Positions 30,048 to 42,056 of a DNA stretch of 64,000 nt are shown piece by piece. The notes beneath the pieces were generated by a model that was not told the DNA's origin, ran no database searches, and saw only the letters and a program-made list of their open reading frames with translations. The translations under genes were made by a program, and so were the position numbers. How positions within the stretch are numbered: the first letter of the stretch is position 1; the number at the start of each line of letters is the position of its first letter. This stretch comes from Gammaproteobacteria bacterium (lineage in GTDB: Bacteria; Pseudomonadota; Gammaproteobacteria; Pseudomonadales; Azotimanducaceae): assembly GCA_038151515.1 (NCBI GenBank), contig JAYOVN010000004.1:5799-69798 (forward strand), in the 5' to 3' direction.

Positions 30048-30500
30048 CTAATCCGCTAATTCAACCGTCGACATTAATGGGTGATTGTTTTCCTGAGCAT
30101 ACTGATTGACCTGCTCAGATTTTGTCTCGGCGATATCCCGAGGAAAAATCCCAACCACCGCTGCCCCTTCGGTATGCACCACTAACATGATCTGAGTGGC
30201 TTTTTCTCGATTCATTCCAAAGAACGCTTCGAGAATATGCACCACAAACTCCATAGGCGTGTAGTCGTCATTTAACAACATGACCTTGAACATAGGTGGG
30301 CGCTTGAGCTCTGGCTCCGACTCTTCTGTGACCAAACCAACGTCTTGATCCTCATCAAGTCCAGGCTGGTCATCATCTCCGGCACTGCCCATGGGTCTTG
30401 GAGCTTGGTTCAGGTCTAGCCCGACCGGCCGTCTACGAGCATCCGCCCCTTCAGTGCCTGTGCCTGTCAGTGGGTTTTCGAATCCAGCATCTTCTCTCAT
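30048..30500 (-). CDS. clpS: N-degron adaptor ClpS (long N-terminal extension)
   Basis: [37 protein letters not shown]; start uncertain. Confidence 0.93.
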   Translation of the reverse strand: MREDAGFENPLTGTGTEGADARRRPVGLDLNQAPRPMGSAGDDDQPGLDEDQDVGLVTEESEPELKRPPMFKVMLLNDDYTPMEFVVHILEAFFGMNREKATQIMLVVHTEGAAVVGIFPRDIAETKSEQVNQYAQENNHPLMSTVELAD

Positions 30501-30999
30501 GTTTCGTTCATAACTCTTTGTAAAACATATTTTTATAACCCTAATCCGAAGCCTCAAGTTCCAGATTCGAACGCGAAAAAACCTCTGATCTCAGACCCGA
30601 TCAGGCCGTCTTGTCGAATAACTTCTGCCCACGGGCAGCTTCCAACAACCCATACAACGCGAACTCATCCGAGATGCCGCCACCGATCTGCCTTGTTATT
30701 GCTGCAAGACTACCTCAAGCCGTGTAAATAATTCGTGTGCCTGGGACACCATTTGAGCACGCGGTGAATCCACTAATGACGTGCATTCACCGCATGCTTC
30801 AAGACGCCCAAGTTCACTCCGAATCGCGGCTAGCTATGTCGTCTTCTTTCCTTAGGAACTTATAGTTGGGGCTGCAGGGGAATTACCCAAGTGCTTTTTT
30901 GTGAAAATCTGCGCAGCAGGCCGCACTAAAGCCCCCTAGGGGCCCCTTGACTCATTCACAGTAATTCTGGACTCTCGGGGTGGGCAAGGAGGACTATCT

Positions 31000-31296
31000 A
31001 TGCCAAATGGAATCGTTAAGTGGTTTAACAACGCAAAGGGCTACGGATTCATCGTGCCCGATGATGGTGGGGACGACCTTTTCGCACACTTTTCAGCTGT
31101 AACCATGGATGGCTACAAAACCCTAAGCGCCGGCGATCAGGTGCAATTTGATGTCACTGTCGGCGACAAAGGACCTCAAGCAACAAATATCGTCACCACG
31201 GGCGGGGGTAACAACCCAAGTGCACCTGACTCTGCGGAGACAGGAGGTGATGCTGCAGGGCCAAGCTCGGAGGCAGACGCCTCCGGTCTGCCCTGA
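31000..31296 (+). CDS. cspD: Cold-shock domain protein CspD
   Basis: [22 protein letters not shown]; divergent from clpS; RBS AAGGAGG. Confidence 0.9.
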   Translation: MPNGIVKWFNNAKGYGFIVPDDGGDDLFAHFSAVTMDGYKTLSAGDQVQFDVTVGDKGPQATNIVTTGGGNNPSAPDSAETGGDAAGPSSEADASGLP

Positions 31297-31353
31297 GATT
31301 TAGGCCACCCGGTGGCAACCGAATAACGAACGGGCCTCTCAGCTTGTTTGGCG

Positions 31354-31373
31354 TTCGGGGTTGATACCCCGAA
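31354..31373. terminator. Hairpin between convergent cspD and idh
   Basis: TTCGGGG-ttgata-CCCCGAA. Confidence 0.5.
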
Positions 31374-31382
31374 GCTCGGTTG

Positions 31383-33617
<2,235 letters not shown>

Positions 33618-33813
33618 TTAGCGCAAATGCTATGCATGGTTACCGCGACGTCTTCCAAACCATGCAGATTGGCGCTTTCGCAGCGTTGTCTCCCACCCCC
33701 TCCGGTTTCCGACGCGCTGAAATATAGACGCGCACCTAGTTTAGTGCAACTCAGCCTCGCTCTTTGCCGATCAACTTTTTGTATACAACCCAACCAATGA
33801 GCTAGTCAGGAGC

Positions 33814-34317
33814 CTATTTCTGAAGCGAATCCACCGTCGTCTCTGTGTCACCCCAAGCCGACGCGCGCTGCTGGTCAGCCAAGGTAGATTCAATCCATGT
33901 CACACCCTGGTCACTGGTTTCTTTCTTCCAAAAAATGGCCCGAGTCTTTAGGTAATCCATCAGAAACTCGGCCGCGGCAAAAGCAGCACTGCGATGGGCG
34001 CTTGCCACCACGACCAGTACGATTTGATCTGTCGGATGCAGTTCGCCTACGCGATGTATCACTGTCGTCGCCAGTAGTGGCCATCTCGTTTCGGCTTCAT
34101 CAACAATTTGGGAAATGCTGGACTCCGTCATGCCCGGATAGTGCTCTAAAGTAAGGGTTCCCACCCTGCCGCCGTCGCCCGCGTGACTGTTGTGATCGCG
34201 CACCAGCCCTACAAAGGCCGCGATCGCTCCAGCAGCTTCACCACACTGTTGCCGAGTTACTTGGTATTGCTCGGCTAGATCAAAGTCCTGTTGCTGAACT
34301 TGAATCACTCGATGCAT
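33814..34317 (-). CDS. moaE: Molybdopterin synthase catalytic subunit
   Basis: FVGLVRD, LEHYPGMT, IHRVGEL, SAHR..AF, MDYLKT.A.FWKKE. Confidence 0.95.
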   Translation of the reverse strand: MHRVIQVQQQDFDLAEQYQVTRQQCGEAAGAIAAFVGLVRDHNSHAGDGGRVGTLTLEHYPGMTESSISQIVDEAETRWPLLATTVIHRVGELHPTDQIVLVVVASAHRSAAFAAAEFLMDYLKTRAIFWKKETSDQGVTWIESTLADQQRASAWGDTETTVDSLQK

Positions 34318-34332
34318 TTGGGTTCCTTTACG

Positions 34333-34590
34333 TCAACCACCCGTTACCGGCGGTAAAAAAGCTATTTCTGCGCTGGGGCCAATTTCTTCGCTGCTCTTGC
34401 GCCAATCCGATGCTAGGAATTGCTGGTTAATGGCCAGCCGAACACCATCCGCCCATAGCGCTTTTTGGGCATCACCGGACAGTTGATCGGCTAGAGCAAT
34501 GCGAAGCTCAGTCAAAGAGACCACAGCAAACGCAAGCTGATCATGACCAACTTCCTCTCGCAAGGACGCAAAAAACTTAACTGTTATCAT
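34333..34590 (-). CDS. moaD: Molybdopterin synthase sulfur carrier
   Basis: [12 protein letters not shown]; AINQ; C-terminal FLPPVTGG. Confidence 0.93.
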   Translation of the reverse strand: MITVKFFASLREEVGHDQLAFAVVSLTELRIALADQLSGDAQKALWADGVRLAINQQFLASDWRKSSEEIGPSAEIAFLPPVTGG

Positions 34591-35062
34591 GTGTCTGCCG
34601 CTGCCAATGCCCACTTTTTCCGCCGACTTTATCCTCAAGACCGATGGCCTCAATGGTCATGCCCTTGTCCACAGCCTTACACATATCGTAGATGGTCAAA
34701 CAGGCAACGCTCACGGCTGTCAAAGCCTCCATCTCCACACCGGTCTGACCTCGCAATCGGCAATATCCCTCTACCCGCAGGGCCGTCTCGGAAATCTCTT
34801 CAAAGGTTATAGACACCTTGGTCAATGCCAGCGGGTGGCACAGGGGTATGAGATCGGAGCATTTTTTTGCGCCTTGAATGCCGGCGATTCGAGCCACTGC
34901 CAGTACTTCTCCCTTTTTCAGGCCATCGTTCTTGATGGCTTCCAGGGTGCTGGCCTGCATTCTCACAATACCGCTGGCTGTGGCGGATCTTTCCGTCACG
35001 TCTTTACCGCCAACGTCTACCATGTTGGCCTCACCTGAGGCATTGATATGGCTAAATTCCAT
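34577..35062 (-). CDS. moaC: Cyclic pyranopterin monophosphate synthase
   Basis: [50 protein letters not shown]; true start 35062, so the 5' extension in the ORF track is spurious. Confidence 0.95.
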   Translation of the reverse strand: MEFSHINASGEANMVDVGGKDVTERSATASGIVRMQASTLEAIKNDGLKKGEVLAVARIAGIQGAKKCSDLIPLCHPLALTKVSITFEEISETALRVEGYCRLRGQTGVEMEALTAVSVACLTIYDMCKAVDKGMTIEAIGLEDKVGGKSGHWQRQTHDNS

Positions 35063-35141
35063 AAACGATTCCTGAAACGATCTTGTATCCGTGTTCGAGT
35101 ACCCGCGATCGGTGGCCCTAGTCTCTGAACGATGCCCGGGT

Positions 35142-35150
35142 ACATTATCA
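35142..35150 (-). promoter_or_regulatory. Candidate extended -10 element for moaCDE
   Basis: Minus strand TG-A-TAATGT (TGnTAnnnT) about 80 nt upstream of the moaC ATG. Confidence 0.3.
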
Positions 35151-35305
35151 CGGGCGCACCGAAAGAGTGGACTACTCCAGCGATGTGGCGCGGGAACAGG
35201 ACCCCCAATCGCTCCTATGAGCTTGGATGGCCCATTCAACCGCTGACCCGGGAGCCGTCCTAGGCTATGATGCGCACCCGAAATATCGTGATCTGCAATC
35301 GTTCC

Positions 35306-36499
35306 ATGCCTAGCAATCAAGCCACCTCTGCCTTGGGCCAAGGACCCCGGCCTGCAGCCAACGCGCCTAAGGTCATCGTGGGCATGTCAGGGGGCGTCGA
35401 TTCTGCCGTGGCAGCCTATCTGCTCATGCAACAAGGCTTCCAAGTTGAAGGTCTGTTCATGAAGAACTGGGACGAAGACGACGGCACCGAGTACTGCACG
35501 GCGATAACTGACTTGGCCGATGCAGAGCAAGTCTGTCAGCGTCTGGGCATTAAACTGCATACCGCTAATTTTGCCGCCGAGTACTGGGACAATGTATTTA
35601 GCTACTTTCTGAACGAGTACCAAAACTGGCGTACGCCAAACCCGGACATCTTGTGCAATCGAGAAATTAAGTTTGAGCAATTCGTGCTCTATGCCGAGAC
35701 CTTGGGGGCGGATTACATCGCCACCGGCCACTACGTGCGTAGAACACCCTTACCTGAGCCTGACGGCACTGTGAAGGTACCTGGCCAGTCTCCGGCTGCG
35801 TTTTTAAAAGGCAGGGACGCGAACAAAGATCAAAGCTATTTTTTGCAGGCTGTACCTCACCACAAGCTAGAACGCTGCCTGTTTCCACTGGGTGACTGGC
35901 AAAAATCGGATGTGCGCGAGTTGGCCGCATCCTTAGGCCTTGCCAACCATCGTAAGAAAGACAGCACAGGCATTTGTTTTATCGGTGAACGCCGCTTTGC
36001 TGACTTTTTATCCAACTATATCGCCGACACACCAGGACCCATGAGAGATCGGCAGGGTCGTTATCTGGGCGAACATCGAGGACTGCACCAATACACTATT
36101 GGTCAGCGACAAGGAATCAACCTAGGTGGCATGTCTGGCCGGCCGGAATCTCCTTGGTATGTTATGGCCAAGCAACCTTTGACCAACACCTTGTTTATTA
36201 CTCAGGATGACAGAGAACTTCACGGCACTTGGCTGGGAGCCACCGAAGTAAATTGGCTGACCGACATAACCTTGCCCATGCGGTGCAGTGCGAAAATCCG
36301 CTATCGACAGCAAGACCAGGCCTGCTCGGTGGCACACGGAGCCGATGGCACCCTGCTGGTACGCTTTGACCAGCCCCAGCGCGCAATAACGACAGGCCAG
36401 TATGTGGCTTTTTACGATGGTGAACGTTTGCTGGGCGGGGCCAATATTACCCGCAGCGACGAGCCTAATTTGCCCCACTGCCGAGCCGACGAACACTAA
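35306..36499 (+). CDS. mnmA: tRNA-specific 2-thiouridylase
   Basis: [56 protein letters not shown]; start uncertain. Confidence 0.96.
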   Translation: MPSNQATSALGQGPRPAANAPKVIVGMSGGVDSAVAAYLLMQQGFQVEGLFMKNWDEDDGTEYCTAITDLADAEQVCQRLGIKLHTANFAAEYWDNVFSYFLNEYQNWRTPNPDILCNREIKFEQFVLYAETLGADYIATGHYVRRTPLPEPDGTVKVPGQSPAAFLKGRDANKDQSYFLQAVPHHKLERCLFPLGDWQKSDVRELAASLGLANHRKKDSTGICFIGERRFADFLSNYIADTPGPMRDRQGRYLGEHRGLHQYTIGQRQGINLGGMSGRPESPWYVMAKQPLTNTLFITQDDRELHGTWLGATEVNWLTDITLPMRCSAKIRYRQQDQACSVAHGADGTLLVRFDQPQRAITTGQYVAFYDGERLLGGANITRSDEPNLPHCRADEH

Positions 36500-36523
36500 C
36501 AACACTTCTTGGAGAAATTGCAC

Positions 36524-37900
36524 ATGTCCGATTTAGATCCGGTTTTTGCCATAGGCGCGGCAGATGGCCGATATCGTTCCAAGGTCCAGGACTTGACCCC
36601 CATCGTCAGTGAATTCGGCCTCATGAAATACCGTGTGGAAGTCGAATGCGCTTGGGTGCTATTTCTTGCCCAATGCCCGGGAATTGAAGAATTTGAATCC
36701 CTAGACGCCGACGATGCCCAGTACGTGCGCGACATTGCCGAGAATTTCGACGAACAATCCGCCCAGCGCATTAAGACATTGGAGGCCACAACCAACCACG
36801 ACGTCAAAGCCGTCGAGTATTTCCTTAAGGAGGCCTTTGCCCAGCGTCCCACGCTACAAGCCGTGAACGAGTGGATCCACTTCGGTTGCACGTCCGAGGA
36901 CATCAACAACACTGCCTACGGTTTGATGATTAAAAATGCGAGGGACGGTGTCTTGCTGCCTCATATGCAGCGACTAATTGAAACTCTAGAACAACTAGCC
37001 CAGGCAAACGCGGACTTGCCCATGCTGTCCAGAACACATGGACAGACAGCCTCTCCCACCACCCTAGGCAAAGAAATCAAGAATGTTGCCGCGCGCTTAC
37101 AGCGCCAACAGGCGCAGCTACAGGCCCTTGAGATACTGGGCAAATTCAACGGCGCCGTGGGTAACTTCAATGCCCATTTGGTAGCTTACCCAAACTTAGA
37201 TTGGGCAAGTCTGTCGGACCAATTCATCTCCAGCCTAGGGCTCACCAACAACCCTTGGACAACCCAAATTGAGCCACACGACTACATAGCCGAAGTCGCC
37301 CATTGCCTGATGCGTTTCAACCAAATCCTGTTGGACTTTGATCGGGATATATGGAGCTACATTTCAATCGAGTATTTCAAACAGCGCAAAGTCGAGGGCG
37401 AAACCGGCTCGTCTACCATGCCCCATAAGATCAATCCTATCGATTTTGAAAACTCCGAGGGCAACATCGGTATCGCCAATGCCCTTCTAGACCATATGGC
37501 CAGCAAACTGACGGTTTCCAGATGGCAGCGTGACCTATCTGACTCAACGGTGCTGCGAAACCTTGGTACCGCATTTGCTCACTGCGGCATCGCCTACCAA
37601 GCAACCTTGAAAGGTTTGTCGAGATTGGATGTCAACCCTGAGGCCATAGGTCGTGATCTCAATAACAGCTGGGAAGTACTGGCTGAGGCAGTCCAAACCG
37701 TCATGCGGAAATTCGCTATGCCAGAGCCCTACGAGCAGCTCAAAGCCGCAACTCGAGGACGTCGACTGTCGGCTGAGGTCTATCAGGAAATCCTTCAGGA
37801 GTTGAATTTACCTGAGGCTGCCATGCAGGAACTTAAGGGCCTTACACCGGACAGTTACGTCGGTATCGCGGCAGCCCTAACGCGGAAGTCCCTGACCTGA
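36524..37900 (+). CDS. purB: Adenylosuccinate lyase
   Basis: DGRY, TTNHDVKAVEY, HFGCTSEDINN, RTHGQ.ASP, GSSTMPHKINPIDFENSEGN, WQRDL.DS. Confidence 0.97.
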   Translation: MSDLDPVFAIGAADGRYRSKVQDLTPIVSEFGLMKYRVEVECAWVLFLAQCPGIEEFESLDADDAQYVRDIAENFDEQSAQRIKTLEATTNHDVKAVEYFLKEAFAQRPTLQAVNEWIHFGCTSEDINNTAYGLMIKNARDGVLLPHMQRLIETLEQLAQANADLPMLSRTHGQTASPTTLGKEIKNVAARLQRQQAQLQALEILGKFNGAVGNFNAHLVAYPNLDWASLSDQFISSLGLTNNPWTTQIEPHDYIAEVAHCLMRFNQILLDFDRDIWSYISIEYFKQRKVEGETGSSTMPHKINPIDFENSEGNIGIANALLDHMASKLTVSRWQRDLSDSTVLRNLGTAFAHCGIAYQATLKGLSRLDVNPEAIGRDLNNSWEVLAEAVQTVMRKFAMPEPYEQLKAATRGRRLSAEVYQEILQELNLPEAAMQELKGLTPDSYVGIAAALTRKSLT

Positions 37901-37934
37901 GAGGCGGCAAATAAAACACCGCTAGATGCGCTGT

Positions 37935-37967
37935 CTCCAGCCTTGGCTTGTCACCCCGCCGCTGGAG
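37935..37967. terminator. Hairpin downstream of purB
   Basis: CTCCAGC / GCTGGAG 7-bp stem with inner GGC/GCC; no U-tract. Confidence 0.35.
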
Positions 37968-38043
37968 CCTGTGGGGGAATCGCGGCACAATGCTCGCCCC
38001 CAGAGATACTGAATTACACGACTGTTAAAGCGAAGAAAGCCCT

Positions 38044-40635
38044 ATGAATCACAAGTTCCGAAAACCTCTGAACGGCACCAATCTGGATTACTTTGATACC
38101 GAAGAAGCAATCGAAGCGATCAAACCCGGTGCCTATGCCGGCCTACCCTATACTTCGAAGGTGCTGGCGGAAAATCTGGTTCGACGCTGTGCACCTGAAG
38201 ATCTCGATGCGGCCCTGGGGCAAATCATCGAGCGCAAGCGAGACATCGACTTTCCTTGGTTTCCGGCCCGAGTGGTTTGCCACGACATTTTAGGTCAAAC
38301 CGCCCTTGTGGATTTGGCTGGCCTTCGGGATGCCATCGCTGCGAAGGGCGGCGATCCAGCCAAGGTCAACCCTGTGGTACCAACGCAGCTCATCGTCGAT
38401 CACTCGTTAGCGGTCGAGCATGCTGGGTTTGAAGAGGATGCGTTTGAGAAGAACCGAGCCATCGAAGACCGTCGCAACGATGACCGTTTTCATTTCATTA
38501 ACTGGACCAAGACCGCCTTTGAGAATGTCGATGTAATCCCACCGGGCAATGGCATCATGCATCAAATCAACTTAGAGCGAATGTCACCGGTTGTTCATGA
38601 TCGGGATGGCATTGCCTTTCCTGACACCCTAGTGGGTACGGACAGCCATACGCCTCATGTGGACGCACTGGGCGTTATCGCCATCGGCGTGGGAGGTCTT
38701 GAAGCCGAGAGTGTCATGCTGGGACGAGCCTCCTACATGCGGTTACCCGACATCGTTGGCGTAGAACTGGTGGGTAAGCGGCAGGAGGGAATTACCGCTA
38801 CGGACATCGTTCTGGCCATCACCGAGTTTTTGCGCGAAGAACGAGTTGTCTCATGCTATCTGGAGTTCTTCGGCGAAGGCGCAGCCGATTTGACCCTAGG
38901 TGATCGGGCAACCATTTCCAATATGACACCGGAATTCGGCGCCAGCGCGGCCATGTTCTATATTGACGAGAAAACGACCGACTACCTACGCTTGACAGGT
39001 CGCAGTGACGAACAAGTGGCTCTGGTAGAGAACTATGCCAAAACCACCGGGCTGTGGGCAGATCATATGCAGGCTGCCGAGTACGAGCGTGTGCTGCGCT
39101 TTGATCTGTCCAGTGTCGGACGCAACATTGCTGGACCGTCAAACCCTCATCGAAGAGTCGCCACCACAGACTTAGCGTCTCAAGGCATCGCCGGTACCGT
39201 TGAAACCGAAGAAGGCTTGATGCCTGACGGTGCCATCATCATTGCAGCCATCACCAGCTGCACCAACACCAGCAACCCCCGAAACGTCATCGCCGCTGGC
39301 CTGCTAGCGCGCAATGCCAACGCCAAGGGTCTGACACGTAAACCTTGGGTGAAAAGCTCCCTGGCGCCAGGCTCCAAGGCCGTACAACTCTATCTTGAGG
39401 ATGCTGCCTTGCTTCCTGAGCTAGAACAGCTGGGTTTTGGCATCGTGGCCTTTGCCTGCACTACCTGCAACGGGATGAGCGGGGCCTTAGACCCAGCCAT
39501 TCAGCAAGAGGTCATCGACCGAGATTTATACGCAACGGCTGTTCTGTCCGGCAACCGCAATTTTGATGGGCGCATTCATCCCTACGCCAAACAGGCTTTC
39601 CTAGCATCCCCGCCTTTGGTCGTCGCCTATGCCATTGCCGGCACCATTCGATTCGATATCGAAAAAGATGTCCTAGGGACGGATCCGTCGGGCAACCCGG
39701 TTCGCCTGATCGACATTTGGCCAACAGATGAAGAAATTGACGCCATCGTGGCCCAGAGCGTCAAGCCTGAGCAATTTACTGCTGTTTATGAACCCATGTT
39801 CCTAAACGTGAAAGATGTGACTGACTCAACGGATCCACTCTACGACTGGCGCCCCCAAAGCACCTACATCAGGCGCCCCCCCTATTGGGAAGGTGCCTTG
39901 GCAGGCACACGGTCATTAACCGATATGCGCCCATTGGCGGTGTTGGGCGACAACATCACCACGGATCACTTGTCACCGTCTAACGCGATCTTGATGGACA
40001 GTGCCGCTGGTGAATACCTGCACAAGATGGGATTGCCAGAAGAAGACTTTAACTCTTACGCCACACACCGCGGTGATCACCTCACGGCCCAACGCGCCAC
40101 CTTTGCCAACCCCAAGCTGCTCAACGAGATGGTTCAGGAAAACGGTGATATCAAACAAGGATCTTTGGCCCGTATTGAGCCAGATGGCCAGGTGGTACGT
40201 ATGTGGGAGGCCATCGAGACCTATATGGATCGCAAGCAGCCCTTAATCATTATTGCCGGAGCGGACTATGGTCAAGGTTCTTCCCGGGACTGGGCGGCCA
40301 AAGGGGTCCGACTCGCTGGCGTGGAAGCCATCGTGGCCGAGGGTTTCGAACGGATTCATCGCACGAACCTCGTGGGCATGGGGGTCTTACCCTTGGAATT
40401 TAAAGCCTCCCAGACCCGGCAAACCTACGCCATCGACGGCACCGAAACCTTCAGCGTTGTTGGTGAACCCGCACCCGGCGCGGATCTGACCGTGGTGATG
40501 ACCCGCCGCAATGGTGAGCAGGTACAAATTCCCACCACCTGCCGATTGGACACCGCCGAGGAGGTTTCAATCTATGCTGCAGGTGGTGTGCTGCAACGAT
40601 TCGCCCAAGATTTTTTGGAAGCTTCGGCGGGCTAA
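38044..40635 (+). CDS. acnD: Fe/S-dependent 2-methylisocitrate dehydratase
   Basis: RVVCHDILGQTALVDLAGLRDA, AAITSCTNTSNP, ACTTCNGMSG, TTDHLSP; adjacent to prpF. Confidence 0.95.
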   Translation: MNHKFRKPLNGTNLDYFDTEEAIEAIKPGAYAGLPYTSKVLAENLVRRCAPEDLDAALGQIIERKRDIDFPWFPARVVCHDILGQTALVDLAGLRDAIAAKGGDPAKVNPVVPTQLIVDHSLAVEHAGFEEDAFEKNRAIEDRRNDDRFHFINWTKTAFENVDVIPPGNGIMHQINLERMSPVVHDRDGIAFPDTLVGTDSHTPHVDALGVIAIGVGGLEAESVMLGRASYMRLPDIVGVELVGKRQEGITATDIVLAITEFLREERVVSCYLEFFGEGAADLTLGDRATISNMTPEFGASAAMFYIDEKTTDYLRLTGRSDEQVALVENYAKTTGLWADHMQAAEYERVLRFDLSSVGRNIAGPSNPHRRVATTDLASQGIAGTVETEEGLMPDGAIIIAAITSCTNTSNPRNVIAAGLLARNANAKGLTRKPWVKSSLAPGSKAVQLYLEDAALLPELEQLGFGIVAFACTTCNGMSGALDPAIQQEVIDRDLYATAVLSGNRNFDGRIHPYAKQAFLASPPLVVAYAIAGTIRFDIEKDVLGTDPSGNPVRLIDIWPTDEEIDAIVAQSVKPEQFTAVYEPMFLNVKDVTDSTDPLYDWRPQSTYIRRPPYWEGALAGTRSLTDMRPLAVLGDNITTDHLSPSNAILMDSAAGEYLHKMGLPEEDFNSYATHRGDHLTAQRATFANPKLLNEMVQENGDIKQGSLARIEPDGQVVRMWEAIETYMDRKQPLIIIAGADYGQGSSRDWAAKGVRLAGVEAIVAEGFERIHRTNLVGMGVLPLEFKASQTRQTYAIDGTETFSVVGEPAPGADLTVVMTRRNGEQVQIPTTCRLDTAEEVSIYAAGGVLQRFAQDFLEASAG

Positions 40636-40647
40636 CAAGGAAAAGCC

Positions 40648-41826
40648 ATGAGTTCAGGACAAGTACGGGTTGCCGCCACCTACATACGCGGCGGCACCAG
40701 CAAGGGCGTATTCTTCAATCTAGCCGAATTACCCTTGGCCGCTCAGGTGCCGGGTTCGGCAAGAGACGCGCTGCTGCTGCGAGTTATTGGCAGCCCGGAT
40801 CCCTACGGCAAGCATACCGACGGTATGGGCGGGGCTACCTCCAGCACCAGTAAAACCGTCATTGTCAGCCCCAGCGCACAAGACGGCCATGATGTGGACT
40901 ACTTGTTCGGACAGGTCTCTATTGATCAACCCTTTGTGGATTGGAGCGGAAATTGCGGCAACCTTTCTGCTGCCGTGGGCCCTTACGCCATCGCCCAAGG
41001 CATGCTACCCGCAGATCGCATTCCTCACGACGGCTTTGCCGAGGTTCGTATCTGGCAGGCAAATATCGGTAAAACCATCATCAATCGAGTGCCTATCGTT
41101 GGTGGTCAAGTGCAAGAAACCGGGGACTTTGAGCTGGATGGTGTGACCTTTCCTGGGGCAGAAATTGCCGTGGACTTCCTCGATCCCGCTGACTCGGATG
41201 GGGGCGCTATGTTTCCTACCGGCAATCTGGTGGATGATTTGGAGGTGCCCGGCGTAGGAACGCTAAAAGCAACGTTGATCAACGCGGGGATCCCGACGAT
41301 TTTTCTAAACGGATCCGAGTTGGGCTACACCGGTTGCGAACTTCAAGACGATATCAATGGCTCCGCTGAGGCTCTGGCTTTGTTCGAAACCATCCGAGCC
41401 CATGGGGCCATCAAAATGGGCTTAATTGAGCGCTTGGAAGAAGCACAGGCGCGTCAACACACCCCAAAGGTGGCCTTTGTCGGACCCTCTTCGACCTATC
41501 AAGCGTCCAGCGGGAAACATGTTGAGGCTTCTAATATCGACTTAGTGGTGCGTGCTCTTTCCATGGGCAAACTGCACCACGCGATGATGGGAACCGCCGC
41601 CGTAGCCATTGGCACGGCCGCGGCTATTCCCGGCACATTGGTGAATCTGGCCGCCGGTGGCGGCCAACGCGATGAGGTCACCTTTGGCCACCCCTCCGGC
41701 ACCCTTAAGGTGGGCGCCCAAGCATCATTGCACAATGATGAATGGCAGGTTACGTCTGCCAGTATGAGCCGAAGCGCGCGAATCCTGATGGAGGGTTGGG
41801 TTCGAGTGCCCGCAGACTCTTTCTAG
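40648..41826 (+). CDS. prpF: 2-methylaconitate cis-trans isomerase
   Basis: RGGTSKG, GSPDPYG, GGATSSTSK, NCGNL, HHAMMGT, GHPSG. Confidence 0.95.
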   Translation: MSSGQVRVAATYIRGGTSKGVFFNLAELPLAAQVPGSARDALLLRVIGSPDPYGKHTDGMGGATSSTSKTVIVSPSAQDGHDVDYLFGQVSIDQPFVDWSGNCGNLSAAVGPYAIAQGMLPADRIPHDGFAEVRIWQANIGKTIINRVPIVGGQVQETGDFELDGVTFPGAEIAVDFLDPADSDGGAMFPTGNLVDDLEVPGVGTLKATLINAGIPTIFLNGSELGYTGCELQDDINGSAEALALFETIRAHGAIKMGLIERLEEAQARQHTPKVAFVGPSSTYQASSGKHVEASNIDLVVRALSMGKLHHAMMGTAAVAIGTAAAIPGTLVNLAAGGGQRDEVTFGHPSGTLKVGAQASLHNDEWQVTSASMSRSARILMEGWVRVPADSF

Positions 41827-41932
41827 TTGTCCTGCCTACCCCTACTCGGCTGGTCATCTAACCAGCTGTCTGTCTGGCCAGTTGTTTGCCTGGCCTTTTG
41901 TCTTGTGGCGACCTAGCAGGTTTCCTTCGTGG

Positions 41933-41987
41933 ATCAGCCATAAATCAGCCAAACATCAACCATGGATCAAACATAGATCAACCATGC
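41933..41987 (+). repeat. Five tandem 11-bp degenerate repeats
   Basis: ATCAGCCAtaa, ATCAGCCAaac, ATCAACCAtgg, ATCAAACAtag, ATCAACCAtgc, starting at 41933, 41944, 41955, 41966 and 41977. Confidence 0.8.
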
Positions 41988-42010
41988 CCTGCTCTTTCTG
42001 GGCATGGTTG
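41979..42010. terminator. 11-bp hairpin between convergent prpF and prpC
   Basis: CAACCATGCCC (41979-41989), 10-nt loop, GGGCATGGTTG (42000-42010). Confidence 0.55.
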
Positions 42011-42056
42011 CCAGTCAGACGGACAGTCGTCCGCCCACCCTACCTTGTGGCCCTAA

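Noticed and set aside
35063-35200. Moco riboswitch upstream of moaC (GGTGC..CCGTGATAATG resembles part of the E. coli moaA leader)
   Set aside because: The conserved GCCUCCC...GGAAAGG and GNRA stems are missing; TGATAATGT is better explained as an extended -10 element.
34577-35341. 254-aa MoaC with a long N-terminal domain, as in the ORF track
   Set aside because: The extension overlaps the mnmA promoter and start; MoaC homology begins at ATG 35062.
35735-35810. ~10-aa insertion in MnmA sharing AGGTACCTG with the cysG insertion flank
   Set aside because: A 9-bp match in 64 kb is expected by chance and the hairpin is weak.
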